Assembly (NCBI GenBank): GCA_929200405.1
Contig: CAKMZF010000001.1
Coordinates: forward strand, 1 to 46,870
Origin: an uncultured Gammaproteobacteria bacterium
GTDB taxonomy: Bacteria > Pseudomonadota > Gammaproteobacteria > Cardiobacteriales > CAKMZF01
Length of the DNA stretch: 46,870 bases
Direction: 5' to 3'
Shown: piece after piece, positions 1 through 9,313 of the stretch
Position numbering within the stretch: the first letter of the stretch is position 1
How the letters are laid out: every line of letters begins with the position of its first letter
Made by a program: the position numbers and the translations under genes
Notes under the pieces: generated by a model
What the model saw: the letters and a program-made list of their open reading frames with translations, nothing else
Database searches by the model: none
Told to the model about the DNA's origin: nothing

Positions 1-594
1 AATCTGAGACTCATTTTATGGAGACGATGTTGATGGCAGAGTGATTGGAGAATGACGATATCTATCCGGCTTTAATAACGTGAAGGGTGTTAGGGTAGTG
101 ACTCGCTTATCATCAGGAGTTTCTTTATCAAATGAGGCGCCAACTTTTGAGCGTGAGAATTACATCTATGTTGAAATCAGTAGGGAATATAGAGCAATAT
201 TTATATGAATCAGACGAATGCAAGTATTTCTTCGGTCACTAGGGTTATTTAATAGATACAAGTGATGCTCCAAGAGAAGCAAACGCAACATACAATGGAA
301 GCAACGTCAGCTATATGATATTTAACTCAGCAACTGGTGGAGCAAATGCACCAACTCTTGTAATTGGAAGCAACACAATAAGTTTTTCTGCTGACTATTG
401 AAAATTGCACAGTAAGTGTCAGCTCAATTGATATTGATCATGGACCCTATACAACCGATGTGGAATTCTCTGTAGCATCTATTTCTGATGCAACTTTCTC
501 AGGAGATGCGAAAATTTTCATTACTAGCCCAATCGCACCGCACGTTAGTGTCAATACATGGATAAACTATGCGCTCCACAAGTCTACGAACTAA
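1..594 (+). pseudogene. Degraded 3' remnant of a Ser/Thr/Asn-rich, probably extracellular protein gene
   Basis: Protein-like segments in shifting frames: frame 2 (LSGFNNVKGVRVVTRLSSGVSLSNEAPTFERENYIYVEI), frame 3 (IDTSDAPREANATYNGSNVSYMIFNSATGGANAPTLVIGSNTISFSA) and frame 1 (TIENCTVSVSSIDIDHGPYTTDVEFSVASISDATFSGDAKIFITSP, ending TAA 592-594), interrupted by stops and frameshifts. Confidence 0.4.
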
Positions 595-785
595 TCGGCA
601 GTTTGAGGCTGCAGGTCTGTTCAACAGTCAAGGATCTGATTTTTCAATTTTTGGCGCCAATATAGTTAATTGTGACGTCAGTACTTTTTATTTTTTATAA
701 GCGAAGTTGTTTTCAAAATGTAATAATGGACGAGTAGTTTCAGGATTCCCAAACTTTTTAGTTAAGAAGGTAAAGTAGACGCTTT

Positions 786-2516
786 GTGATTAAAAAAAAT
801 CATAATACAGAACGTAATGTAAGAGTATTCCCATCGGAGCTGTTGAATGGGAGTTGGTTATTTGGCAGGTTTGAGGGGCATTTTGAAAGAGCCGGAGACC
901 AAATAAGGGTTGTTAGAGGGGTTATTCATTCGTCTCACTTTACCAAACAGCCTCCAATTGCGACTGCAGATGACATTATTCAAAGTACTCTTCCTTTAGC
1001 ATGGGTTGAATTTGCTGCTGATGCTTCTATGCGAACTAAGGAAAATAAAGTTCAATCGGTTGTTTTGCATGATTTGGTTTTCAGCGAATGCCAATTAGAA
1101 GATTTAAAAGTTGTTAGTGGTGTATCTTATGGCCATATTCATGCCGTTGTGTGGGCCAAATGCCAGCCATCTAGTGGTAGTAAGGCAAGTTTTTCGGCAA
1201 CTGTTGATGAGAAGAATTCTCCAGTAAACTCTAGAGCTGTGGGGAAGTTAAAACAACTACTCTCTAATAAACAAAGTAGTCCATGGTTGTTGTTACCTTT
1301 ACTTTTATTTCTGTTGTTAGCTAATTTGTTTAGCTCTGATAGTGCTCTTAACTTTAACCCAAAAGACGATTTGCGCCGAGTCTTTTCGCCTTTGCTACCA
1401 GTCAATGATGGATTGGTTCAGAGTAAAGAAAATGATAAATCAAATAGCGATATAAGCATTGATGAGAATAAAAATAGCCTAGCAAATTTGGCAGATATTC
1501 CTGTGAATGGTTGGCTGCTAAGTTGTGATCAGAGTTTAAAGCTAAAATCTGAAGTCTTGTTTGAGTTTGGTCGAGCGAATTTACTGCCTGAAGCATCTGA
1601 GACATTAAAGAGTACAGGGTCAGTCTTTGAAAAAATAAGGTTAGATGGCACAATCGTCAAAATTACTGGTCATACCGATTCTTATGGGGAGCAAGATTAC
1701 AATTTGAAGCTCAGTTGGCGGCGAGCAGAAGCAATTGCAGATTGGTATATTCAACAAGGTCTGATGACCAAAAGTCAGGTGCTAATTCAAGGCAAAGGCG
1801 AGTTCGAGTTGATCATCAATGGTTCAAAATCTAAAGATGAGCAGTCTGAAAACAGACGAGTGGAAATATCACTGGTTTGCGACCGAAACAAACCTATTAC
1901 TGTGACGGAACGTCCTATTGCTTATTTTGCATTATTAGAGGAGATAAGGCGTCAATACGATATTGTGTTCTTGTCAGAAATTACTCCAACGCAAGATCCT
2001 GAGTTAGTGAGCGATCTTGACTCTAAACTAATGTTGTTAAGCCCGTTTAAGGGCATTGTGTTGGAAGAGGCTTTAGTAGAGCCGGAAATATTTTTCAATT
2101 CCTGCGGTAGGCCATTATTGTTGAGCTCAGATCTGCTGTTTGATTATAGTCGTGCAGGTTTGAAGGTTAGCGCATTGAAAGAGCTAAACCTTATCGCACA
2201 ATTACTCAAAGAATCTACTGACTCTAGCTTACGATTAAAAATAATTGGTCATACGGACTCGCATGGTAATGATCAATTTAATTTGCGACTGAGTTATAGA
2301 CGGGCGAACCGAGTCGCTAGATGGTTAGTAGAAAATGATTTGATCAAGAAAGATCATCTGGTTATTGAAGGCAGAGGAGAAAAGGATTTGATGGCGCCTG
2401 CCACTGGCTCTATTGAGGAGCAGAATATTAATCGAAGGGTAGAGATTACGGTGATATGTTCTTCTAAAAAGTTAGAGCTAAAAAGGATGAAAAATGCATC
2501 GACAGAAACTGAATAA
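786..2516 (+). CDS. Single-pass membrane protein with N-terminal domain of unknown function and two tandem OmpA-like C-terminal (peptidoglycan-binding) domains
   Basis: TM WLLLPLLLFLLLANLF; two copies of LF(E/D)(F/Y)...GHTDSxG...NLxLSxRRA...GxGE...NRRVEI. Confidence 0.9.
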   Translation: MIKKNHNTERNVRVFPSELLNGSWLFGRFEGHFERAGDQIRVVRGVIHSSHFTKQPPIATADDIIQSTLPLAWVEFAADASMRTKENKVQSVVLHDLVFSECQLEDLKVVSGVSYGHIHAVVWAKCQPSSGSKASFSATVDEKNSPVNSRAVGKLKQLLSNKQSSPWLLLPLLLFLLLANLFSSDSALNFNPKDDLRRVFSPLLPVNDGLVQSKENDKSNSDISIDENKNSLANLADIPVNGWLLSCDQSLKLKSEVLFEFGRANLLPEASETLKSTGSVFEKIRLDGTIVKITGHTDSYGEQDYNLKLSWRRAEAIADWYIQQGLMTKSQVLIQGKGEFELIINGSKSKDEQSENRRVEISLVCDRNKPITVTERPIAYFALLEEIRRQYDIVFLSEITPTQDPELVSDLDSKLMLLSPFKGIVLEEALVEPEIFFNSCGRPLLLSSDLLFDYSRAGLKVSALKELNLIAQLLKESTDSSLRLKIIGHTDSHGNDQFNLRLSYRRANRVARWLVENDLIKKDHLVIEGRGEKDLMAPATGSIEEQNINRRVEITVICSSKKLELKRMKNASTETE

Positions 2517-2985
2517 GATTAGGCAGACGTTCTTACCTGGCTTAAACGTGCATCAAATCACCTCTACAAAGCAGCGCTTTAATGGTGGGTATTTGGTGTT
2601 GGTACATTGTTATTTGACTGGTCTGGGTTATATAAAACTGCAAGATGTTAGACGTTTTATCATTGGCACAAAGCAGGTCTCGTTATTGGTGAAAGATCAG
2701 CAGTCGGAATTACACGTTTATTCATTGACCGGTAAAGAAATATATTCGATTGGGAAAATAGGCGATAGTTTTATTGACAGTTTACATGAGGTATCTACTC
2801 CTCAAATGAAATTGTCAGTTGATATTATAGAGGTTGTAATACCAAAAATTAGCGTAGGGCATCTAAGTCAGTTTTCCGGTGAAAAGTTGGTGGTGCCGAA
2901 TTTTTGTCGTTTTAATATCCAGACTAAGTTAAGCCAAGCAAAGCCTAAGCTTATTCGAATAAACCCCATTGAATTTAAAATTTAA
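2494..2985 (+). CDS. Hypothetical protein (163 aa, soluble)
   Basis: AAGGA RBS before ATG; overlaps the upstream gene end and stops 14 nt before the next ORF; no recognisable motif. Confidence 0.65.
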   Translation: MHRQKLNKIRQTFLPGLNVHQITSTKQRFNGGYLVLVHCYLTGLGYIKLQDVRRFIIGTKQVSLLVKDQQSELHVYSLTGKEIYSIGKIGDSFIDSLHEVSTPQMKLSVDIIEVVIPKISVGHLSQFSGEKLVVPNFCRFNIQTKLSQAKPKLIRINPIEFKI

Positions 2986-2999
2986 GAGATGAGAAGTAA

Positions 3000-4337
3000 G
3001 TGAGTGTGGAGAAAAATATGCCGAATACACAAAATGAAGTGAAAACACAAAAGAGTAAACATGATGCCGGTGATAATTATGACTATGGCTCCCTAAAAGA
3101 CGTTTCCTGGTTTAGCCGGTTATTATGGTTTTCTGCTGGTGCAGATGCACAGTTACTGATGCGATGCCCTATGTCCGATAGAGTCAAATATCAAGGTCTA
3201 GGTGGCGTGGTTTTATCGGTTGGCATGCTAGCTTTTTTCTCTGGCTCATATGCGTTTTATGCTGTATTTTCACCCAAGGATGCTACGGTTTTGGGCGATT
3301 CATCTACTGATATATCAACAGTCGTACTATCGATTATATTCGGTATATTCTGGGCGATGATTATCTATAATCTAGACCGTTTTATTGTCTCTAGTACTGG
3401 TAAAGGTGATGGCACTGATCGTATAACCCTTACTGAATTTTTAAATGCTTTGCCGCGATTGCTTATGGCTCTGATTATTGGCCTCTGCTTAAGTAAGCCG
3501 TTAGAGATTAAGATTTTAGAATCAGAAATTAAAGCACAATTAGAACTAGAGCAGAATACTTATCTGCAAGAGCTAAATGAGCAAAGTGAGCAACTGGTTA
3601 CATCGCAACGCGCTCAGTTAAGAGAGAAGATGGATGAGCTGCAAAGCAGGATTGATGAAAGTGACAAGTTACTGGAAGATCGCCGTTTAGAAATCAACCA
3701 ACAGCGAAAAAATTTAGAGCTAGAAGCCGAGGGTAAAATAGGCTCTGGTTTTGCTGGTAGAGGCCCAGCTTGGCAAGATAAAAAAGATAACCTAGATAGA
3801 ATGCAGAGTGAGCTAGACCGAGACAGGTCTGCTATCCAGAAAACTAATCAATTAGTAATGGATGAGTTTAACGAGACCAAGCAGCAATTATCTGAACTAG
3901 ATCAAAAATTGTTAAACAAACAAGAGTCGAATAAACAATCCGCTAGGCACTTAGATGGCTTACTTAAAAGAATTCAAATTTCACATGAGATTGGTGGCTG
4001 GGTACCTTACGCCATCATGCTTTTGTTGCTGTGTATTGAGGCGGGCCCTATCTTCTTTAAGCTCATGCTGACTAAAGGCGCATATGACTATTTAGAAGAG
4101 AATCAGAAAAAGCTAGCTTGTGCTTCTATGGGTATAGAACCCAATGCGCATATTGTCTCAGATGACAAGGGTAATCCTTCTTTTGTCGACGAATATCACT
4201 CAGTAAAACATGCCCTATATGAGACAAAACTCAAGGTAGAAACCGAGCAAATGCTGGCAAATCAAGTTCATAATTCGTATCGGCAAAAGGTAAGCGAAGA
4301 TATCAGTGCTAACCCAGAAAAATATATAGAGTCATAG
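3000..4337 (+). CDS. DUF4407-family membrane protein (3 TM + long coiled coil + TM); start possibly ATG 3018
   Basis: LWFSAGAD..LL..CP..DRVKY.GLG, WAMIIYNLDRFIVSS, LPRLLMA..IG..LSKPLEIKI..SEI, GxGPAW in a Q/E/K/L-rich coiled coil, DGLLKRI, IEAGPIFFKL. Confidence 0.85.
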   Translation: MSVEKNMPNTQNEVKTQKSKHDAGDNYDYGSLKDVSWFSRLLWFSAGADAQLLMRCPMSDRVKYQGLGGVVLSVGMLAFFSGSYAFYAVFSPKDATVLGDSSTDISTVVLSIIFGIFWAMIIYNLDRFIVSSTGKGDGTDRITLTEFLNALPRLLMALIIGLCLSKPLEIKILESEIKAQLELEQNTYLQELNEQSEQLVTSQRAQLREKMDELQSRIDESDKLLEDRRLEINQQRKNLELEAEGKIGSGFAGRGPAWQDKKDNLDRMQSELDRDRSAIQKTNQLVMDEFNETKQQLSELDQKLLNKQESNKQSARHLDGLLKRIQISHEIGGWVPYAIMLLLLCIEAGPIFFKLMLTKGAYDYLEENQKKLACASMGIEPNAHIVSDDKGNPSFVDEYHSVKHALYETKLKVETEQMLANQVHNSYRQKVSEDISANPEKYIES

Positions 4338-4379
4338 CGTGTATAGCTGAGGAGAGCTTGAGATATAGAGCTGCTTGTA

Positions 4380-6632
4380 ATGAAGAAAAATGACAAGTCG
4401 AACAAGAGACAGAGTGATCAGTTGGATTTTTATGACTACTTAGTTCTCTGCTCCGGCTTTGATCGGAAGATTATCGCTCAGTTGCCGGAAAAGGGACAGA
4501 GAAGAATTAAGTATATAGTAGTGGCGACAATGCTCTCTGCTATTTATGGGGGGAGCTCTATTGTCTATGGTGCAGTTATTATCAAAGCGCCGATCTATGT
4601 TTGTTTTCTTTTGCTAATTCCCTGTTGTCTGTTTTGTTTAAATATCTTCCGGATGTTGAATGCGGGTAGTGGCTTCCATATGGGCCTAGATGGTGACTTA
4701 CTGCAAACATGGAAGCCCTCTCTATCCTCACAAATCTTTCTTTATATTCTAGGGTTGTTACTAACCGTCCCTGGGTCAATCTTTATCTTCTCAATTGTTC
4801 ATTTAGATATCGGACTAGGCTTAATAGAGCAAATGCAAGAGATGTGGCAGCACAAAATACAAGCGGTTGCAGTCACTCTGTTTAGCACATCGTTATTTTG
4901 TGCTTTTTCTTGGCTCAGAGCCTTCTTTATTTGGGAGATGAGAGACTATGAGTTGCTTCGTTGGTTTGAGGCTCGTGATCTAGTGGGAGCAGCATCGGAT
5001 CAGTCGAAAAAGTATTTAGCCGAATCGATAAAGCAATTTGGTCAATCTAAACCACAAGCAAAACGTCATTATCTCGATGAACCCTATAATTATCGTTTGA
5101 TGCTTTTTGGACATGAGGCAGGCAAAGTTGAAAAGAGCGAATTTGTTAGCATAGAGTCGGTTAAAGAAGAGTCAGTAAAAGAGGCGATATTTATTGAAAC
5201 GACCGAACATTATTATCGTAATTTTTTCAAGGCTCCAAGCAGTAACGAAGTGACGGACCTGCAAGTAGAAACGCTATTTGATCGAACTGTTGAAGCATTT
5301 TTGTTAGACCCAGCATTTACTCACAATGTAAAAAGCGTGGCTGGATATATAGGTCTGCAACAGCAGTCAATTGAGAAAAAGCTTTTTTATTCCGATTGCA
5401 GTGTAATTGTAAAAGACCTCTTTAAATTTGACCTAGAGAACAGGTCAATATTTCAAAGTGTGACTTTATTGGGAAAAAACCAACGCCCAGATAAAGTTCC
5501 AATTCAAATTTCTGCCAGAAAATTTACTTTACACACACCTGAATTATTGAGTTGCTATAACTGTGATCAATCTCTTTCGATAATCAACTCAAGTGTAGGA
5601 GAAGTTGGCTTTTGCGCGAGTTGTCATGGATATCTATTCTCAGAAACTAGCCTTCAAGCGCTCTATGGTCAGCGTATATTGAAAAAGAATTGGCAAGATA
5701 AGCAATTCACGTTTTACAAAGGTTATATTGAGCAACACTGTTTCAACGATTGCAAGTCACCGATGAATCAATATCAACTGAATTCATCGAATCCGAACTT
5801 TACCCCGAGCCGAAATAATATCTCTATTTTGCGCTGTCCTCAATGTTCGCTGTACTGGTTTGATGAAGGCCAGATTAAAGGGCTACTTGAGCTAACGCAG
5901 TATGAAAATTTGGCCCAACAAGAGGCCAATCAAAACGCCGGAGGCACAACCACTTATATTGCTCAATTGCTGACAGGTTTGCCTTTTAAGGTATACAATC
6001 CAGTAAAAAAAATTCCAACGGTATTGGTTAGTTTACTCCTCGTTATGGGCGTTATTTTCTTGCTACAACAAAGTGTAGATAAAGGGGTAAGTTTTGTTTT
6101 TCTACTATACCCAGACCAAGTTCTCTATAAACCGTGGGCATTAATAAGCAGTGCATTTATGCATGCCAATCTTTTTCACCTAGCCGGTAATGGCATTATG
6201 TTATGGCTATTTGGTGACAATATAGAAGATAAATATGGTTGGAAAACATTTCTACTGATCTTCTTGCTTTCTGCCATTGTTGGAAACCTTGTTCATGTCG
6301 CTGCAAATTTTGGCTCTAGTATAGGCTGCTTAGGCGCTTCTGGAGGTGTGTATGGAATTATGGCGGCCTACCTTGTATTTTTCAAATCCAGCAAAGTTTG
6401 GTGGGTGGTATTATTTGTTAGAGTCAAAGTTAGCCTTGTCTTGTTTTTACTATTTAGGATAGGAGTGGATATTTATGGACTACTATTTAGTATCGAGAAT
6501 ATTGCATGGTTTGCCCACATTGGAGGTTTTTTGACAGGGTTATGCATTGGTTATTTAGTTAAAAATCAGACTCTAAAAAATTGGCAAACTCTGGCAAGAA
6601 TCGCAAAAACTAAAAAGATTATATCGAAATAA
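4380..6632 (+). CDS. Fusion protein: divergent DUF4407-like membrane module + two zf-TFIIB-like zinc ribbons + rhomboid intramembrane serine protease
   Basis: Rhomboid motifs FMHANLFHLAGN, FGDNIEDKYG, GASGG (Ser654), AHIGG (His713); CYNC/CASCHG and CFNDC/CPQCSLYWFDEGQ zinc ribbons; N-terminus aligns by eye with the upstream DUF4407 protein. Confidence 0.85.
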   Translation: MKKNDKSNKRQSDQLDFYDYLVLCSGFDRKIIAQLPEKGQRRIKYIVVATMLSAIYGGSSIVYGAVIIKAPIYVCFLLLIPCCLFCLNIFRMLNAGSGFHMGLDGDLLQTWKPSLSSQIFLYILGLLLTVPGSIFIFSIVHLDIGLGLIEQMQEMWQHKIQAVAVTLFSTSLFCAFSWLRAFFIWEMRDYELLRWFEARDLVGAASDQSKKYLAESIKQFGQSKPQAKRHYLDEPYNYRLMLFGHEAGKVEKSEFVSIESVKEESVKEAIFIETTEHYYRNFFKAPSSNEVTDLQVETLFDRTVEAFLLDPAFTHNVKSVAGYIGLQQQSIEKKLFYSDCSVIVKDLFKFDLENRSIFQSVTLLGKNQRPDKVPIQISARKFTLHTPELLSCYNCDQSLSIINSSVGEVGFCASCHGYLFSETSLQALYGQRILKKNWQDKQFTFYKGYIEQHCFNDCKSPMNQYQLNSSNPNFTPSRNNISILRCPQCSLYWFDEGQIKGLLELTQYENLAQQEANQNAGGTTTYIAQLLTGLPFKVYNPVKKIPTVLVSLLLVMGVIFLLQQSVDKGVSFVFLLYPDQVLYKPWALISSAFMHANLFHLAGNGIMLWLFGDNIEDKYGWKTFLLIFLLSAIVGNLVHVAANFGSSIGCLGASGGVYGIMAAYLVFFKSSKVWWVVLFVRVKVSLVLFLLFRIGVDIYGLLFSIENIAWFAHIGGFLTGLCIGYLVKNQTLKNWQTLARIAKTKKIISK

Positions 6633-6754
6633 AAAGTTGAGATTGTCACTTGAAAGTTTAGTGATATATCTATCTTTTTTATTGCCTACTGTTATGACAT
6701 AAGTCGAGATTTGACAGTGTAGACCTTAATTGGATTTGCTGGTAATTACACTAC

Positions 6755-7723
6755 CTAACCTGCACTAGTGTTATTTGATTTGCTTGCGGTGGTGTCTCCA
6801 TGTTGCACTTCGGGCAATACACCGTCTGGCTTATAGCGCAGTACCAGTTGTAAGATAAATCCTATTAGGAAGATGCGTAGATATTTTGCTTTGATCGCCA
6901 TTTCTTCGGGGAGTGTATCAGTAACGAACTCCGACATTGACCAGATAACCCAAACGATAAGTGTGCCAATAATAGCGCCTCTGTTATTGCCAGATCCGCC
7001 TAATATTAACATGATCCAAATTAAGAAAGTGGCGACCATAGGGTCGATGGCTTCGGGAAATATTGAACGATTAAAGTGGGCATAGAGTGCGCCAGAGAGG
7101 CCCATTAACGCAGCGCCAAATAAGAATGCTTGCTGTCTACGAGCTTCGATATCTTTTCCCATTGCTCTGGCGGCAAGTTCGTTGTCGCGAATTGCGCGCA
7201 TCATTCTGCCCCAAGGAGATTGTTGTTGCCGCTCAACGAGTAGGTAAACGCAGAGCAAAATGCCTGCGACTATTGCAAGAAAGGCTAGTTGTGATTCGGT
7301 ATAGGCTAAATCTCCAAAAGGTCTGGGAATATTAGTGATTCCGTAGGAGCCGTTGGTTAACCATTGTTCTGATTTAATGACTAGTCGCATGATCTCAGCA
7401 ATGCCAATGGTAGCGATAGCTAGGTAGTCTGAGCGGAAGCGTAAACAGATTTTGCCAATAGGCCAGGCTATCACTACTGCCATGAGCATGGCGCACAGAA
7501 GTCCAATTGGAACAGGTAGGTCGAAGCCACCGATATAGTTATCACTATGTGGAGAGGTGAGTATCGCAGTGGTGTAGGCACCAATGGCAAAAAAACCTGC
7601 GATACCTGCGTTAAATAAACCTGCTACGCCCCATTGGATATTCAAACCGATGGTGAGCAAAGCGTATATGCTGATAAAAATCAGCATATAACTGCCATAG
7701 TTGAGCATGCCAAATAAATCCAT
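6755..7723 (-). CDS. livM: Branched-chain amino acid (HAAT) ABC transporter permease
   Basis: GLNIQWGVAGLFNAGIAGFFAIGAY, LRFRSDYLAIATIG, SPWGRMMRAIRDNE, LGGSGN; AGGAG RBS. Confidence 0.9.
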   Translation of the reverse strand: MDLFGMLNYGSYMLIFISIYALLTIGLNIQWGVAGLFNAGIAGFFAIGAYTTAILTSPHSDNYIGGFDLPVPIGLLCAMLMAVVIAWPIGKICLRFRSDYLAIATIGIAEIMRLVIKSEQWLTNGSYGITNIPRPFGDLAYTESQLAFLAIVAGILLCVYLLVERQQQSPWGRMMRAIRDNELAARAMGKDIEARRQQAFLFGAALMGLSGALYAHFNRSIFPEAIDPMVATFLIWIMLILGGSGNNRGAIIGTLIVWVIWSMSEFVTDTLPEEMAIKAKYLRIFLIGFILQLVLRYKPDGVLPEVQHGDTTASKSNNTSAG

Positions 7724-7740
7724 GATGTTCTCCTATGGGG

Positions 7741-8604
7741 TTAAAGGACTTTGCCGCGCAAAATGCCAGTGGGGCGCAGTAATAATATGAGTAATAAAAT
7801 CACAAAAGCCATTGCTGATTTGTATTCTGAGGGAATAATCATGACCGAAAGCTCTTCTGCAATACCAACGATTAGACCACCTAAAACAGCACCATCGATG
7901 CGGCCAACGCCGCCGAGTATGGCGGCAGCAAACATTGGCAATAGCATATGCCAACCCATCATTGATTTGACTTCGGTATTTAGCCCTAATAGCACGCCAG
8001 CTGCTGCACAGAGCATGCCGACAATCGCCCATGTCAGCATAGTGACTTGGCGGTTGTTTACACCGCAAAGTTTGGCAAGGTCTGGGTTGTCTGACATGGC
8101 TCTCATGGCTTTGCCCCATTTGCTTTTGGCGAGAAAGAGTTGTAGGGCTATCATTAAGCTAATCATAGTCAGTACGGTGAAAATCTCGCGATCTTTCAAG
8201 CGGAGCCCCCAGTAGTTAGTAGGCCTGACAATGCCTTGTGTATAGCTCTCGGTATCTACTCCCCAAATTACTTGAACGATTGAGCGTACCATCAAGGCAA
8301 TGCCAAGTGAGGACATAACGGTGACAATTTTAGGGCGCTGTAAAAAGGCCTCATAAAAGAATCGGTCAATCAATATACAGACCAGTGCTGAGATTAGCAT
8401 AGCTGGCACCAAAGCTACCCAGGGATTTACACCCAATGTGGAGACTATTGCTAAGGCAATAAAGGCGCCTAAGGTGGCGATATCGCCGTGGGCAAAATGG
8501 GCAAATCGAAGTATGCCAAAAACTAAGGTAATGCCAACCGCGCCTAGCGCATAAATAGAGCCGAGTACAACGCCGGGGATTAGATAGAAGTTGATAAAGT
8601 CCAT
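7741..8604 (-). CDS. livH: Branched-chain amino acid ABC transporter permease (start corrected to ATG 8604, MDFINFY)
   Basis: GSIYALGAVGITLVFGILRFAHFAHGD, GKAMRAMSDNPDLAKLCGVN, AAILGGVG; GGAGG RBS within the end of livF. Confidence 0.9.
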   Translation of the reverse strand: MDFINFYLIPGVVLGSIYALGAVGITLVFGILRFAHFAHGDIATLGAFIALAIVSTLGVNPWVALVPAMLISALVCILIDRFFYEAFLQRPKIVTVMSSLGIALMVRSIVQVIWGVDTESYTQGIVRPTNYWGLRLKDREIFTVLTMISLMIALQLFLAKSKWGKAMRAMSDNPDLAKLCGVNNRQVTMLTWAIVGMLCAAAGVLLGLNTEVKSMMGWHMLLPMFAAAILGGVGRIDGAVLGGLIVGIAEELSVMIIPSEYKSAMAFVILLLILLLRPTGILRGKVL

Positions 8605-8608
8605 CGAT

Positions 8609-9313
8609 TTAACCTCCCAAAAACATTTGTGCAACTTCTCTGTCTGCCAACAGGTCTTTCCCTGTGCCTTGGCGGCGATTTTTACCACTAGCTAAGACAT
8701 AACCTTTATCTGCAAAAGCCAATGCTTGTTTGGCATGTTGCTCCACTAACAATATGGCCACTCCGCTATCTCGAACATCTCTGGTGATGGTGAATATCTG
8801 CTCCATATATTTTGGGGATAGCCCTGCTGTGGGTTCATCTAGCAACAGTAATTTGGGTTCAAGCATCAATGCTCGACCCATGGCAACCATTTGTCGTTGA
8901 CCGCCAGAGAGATTGCCTGCTGCTACTTTGGCCTTGGTTTTCAGGTCTGGGAATAGCGTAAATATTTTCTCAATGCTATCATCAAAATTATCTTGGCGAA
9001 TAAAAGCTCCCATCTCTAGGTTTTCCAGTACGGTCATATCGCGAAATATATTATCTACCTGTGGAACATAGCAAATGCCACGTTTGACGATTTTATCTGG
9101 TGACCAATTGGTGATCTCTTCGCCATCAAAGTTGACACTGCCGTTTCTAATTTGCAGTAGTCCAAAAATCGCTTTCATTGCGGTGGATTTTCCTGCGCCA
9201 TTTGGGCCAACAATCACAGCGATTTCATCTTGCCCAACGTTCATATCAATGCCGTGGAGAATGTCTACTGGACCGTAGCCACCGCTGATAGACTTCATTT
9301 CTAATAAACTCAT
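8609..9313 (-). CDS. livF: Branched-chain amino acid ABC transporter ATP-binding protein
   Basis: GPNGAGKST, LSGGQRQM, LLLDEPTAGLSP, LLVEQ. Confidence 0.92.
   Translation of the reverse strand: MSLLEMKSISGGYGPVDILHGIDMNVGQDEIAVIVGPNGAGKSTAMKAIFGLLQIRNGSVNFDGEEITNWSPDKIVKRGICYVPQVDNIFRDMTVLENLEMGAFIRQDNFDDSIEKIFTLFPDLKTKAKVAAGNLSGGQRQMVAMGRALMLEPKLLLLDEPTAGLSPKYMEQIFTITRDVRDSGVAILLVEQHAKQALAFADKGYVLASGKNRRQGTGKDLLADREVAQMFLGG

Noticed and set aside
650-670. Sigma54 promoter (TTTGGCGC) upstream of the OmpA operon
   Set aside because: No TTGC -12 element at the required spacing
786-4337. Calling the OmpA + multi-TM coiled-coil pair Zorya (ZorAB), MotAB or T6SS TssL
   Set aside because: The TM lacks the conserved Asp, the coiled coil lies between TM3 and TM4 rather than forming a C-terminal tail, and no ZorC/D/E, flagellar or T6SS genes are adjacent
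8605-8688. N-terminal extensions given by the ORF track for livH (and similarly 12889, 24697, 34569, 40809, 46156)
   Set aside because: They overlap neighbouring genes or lack an RBS; downstream ATGs fit family N-termini and RBS positions better
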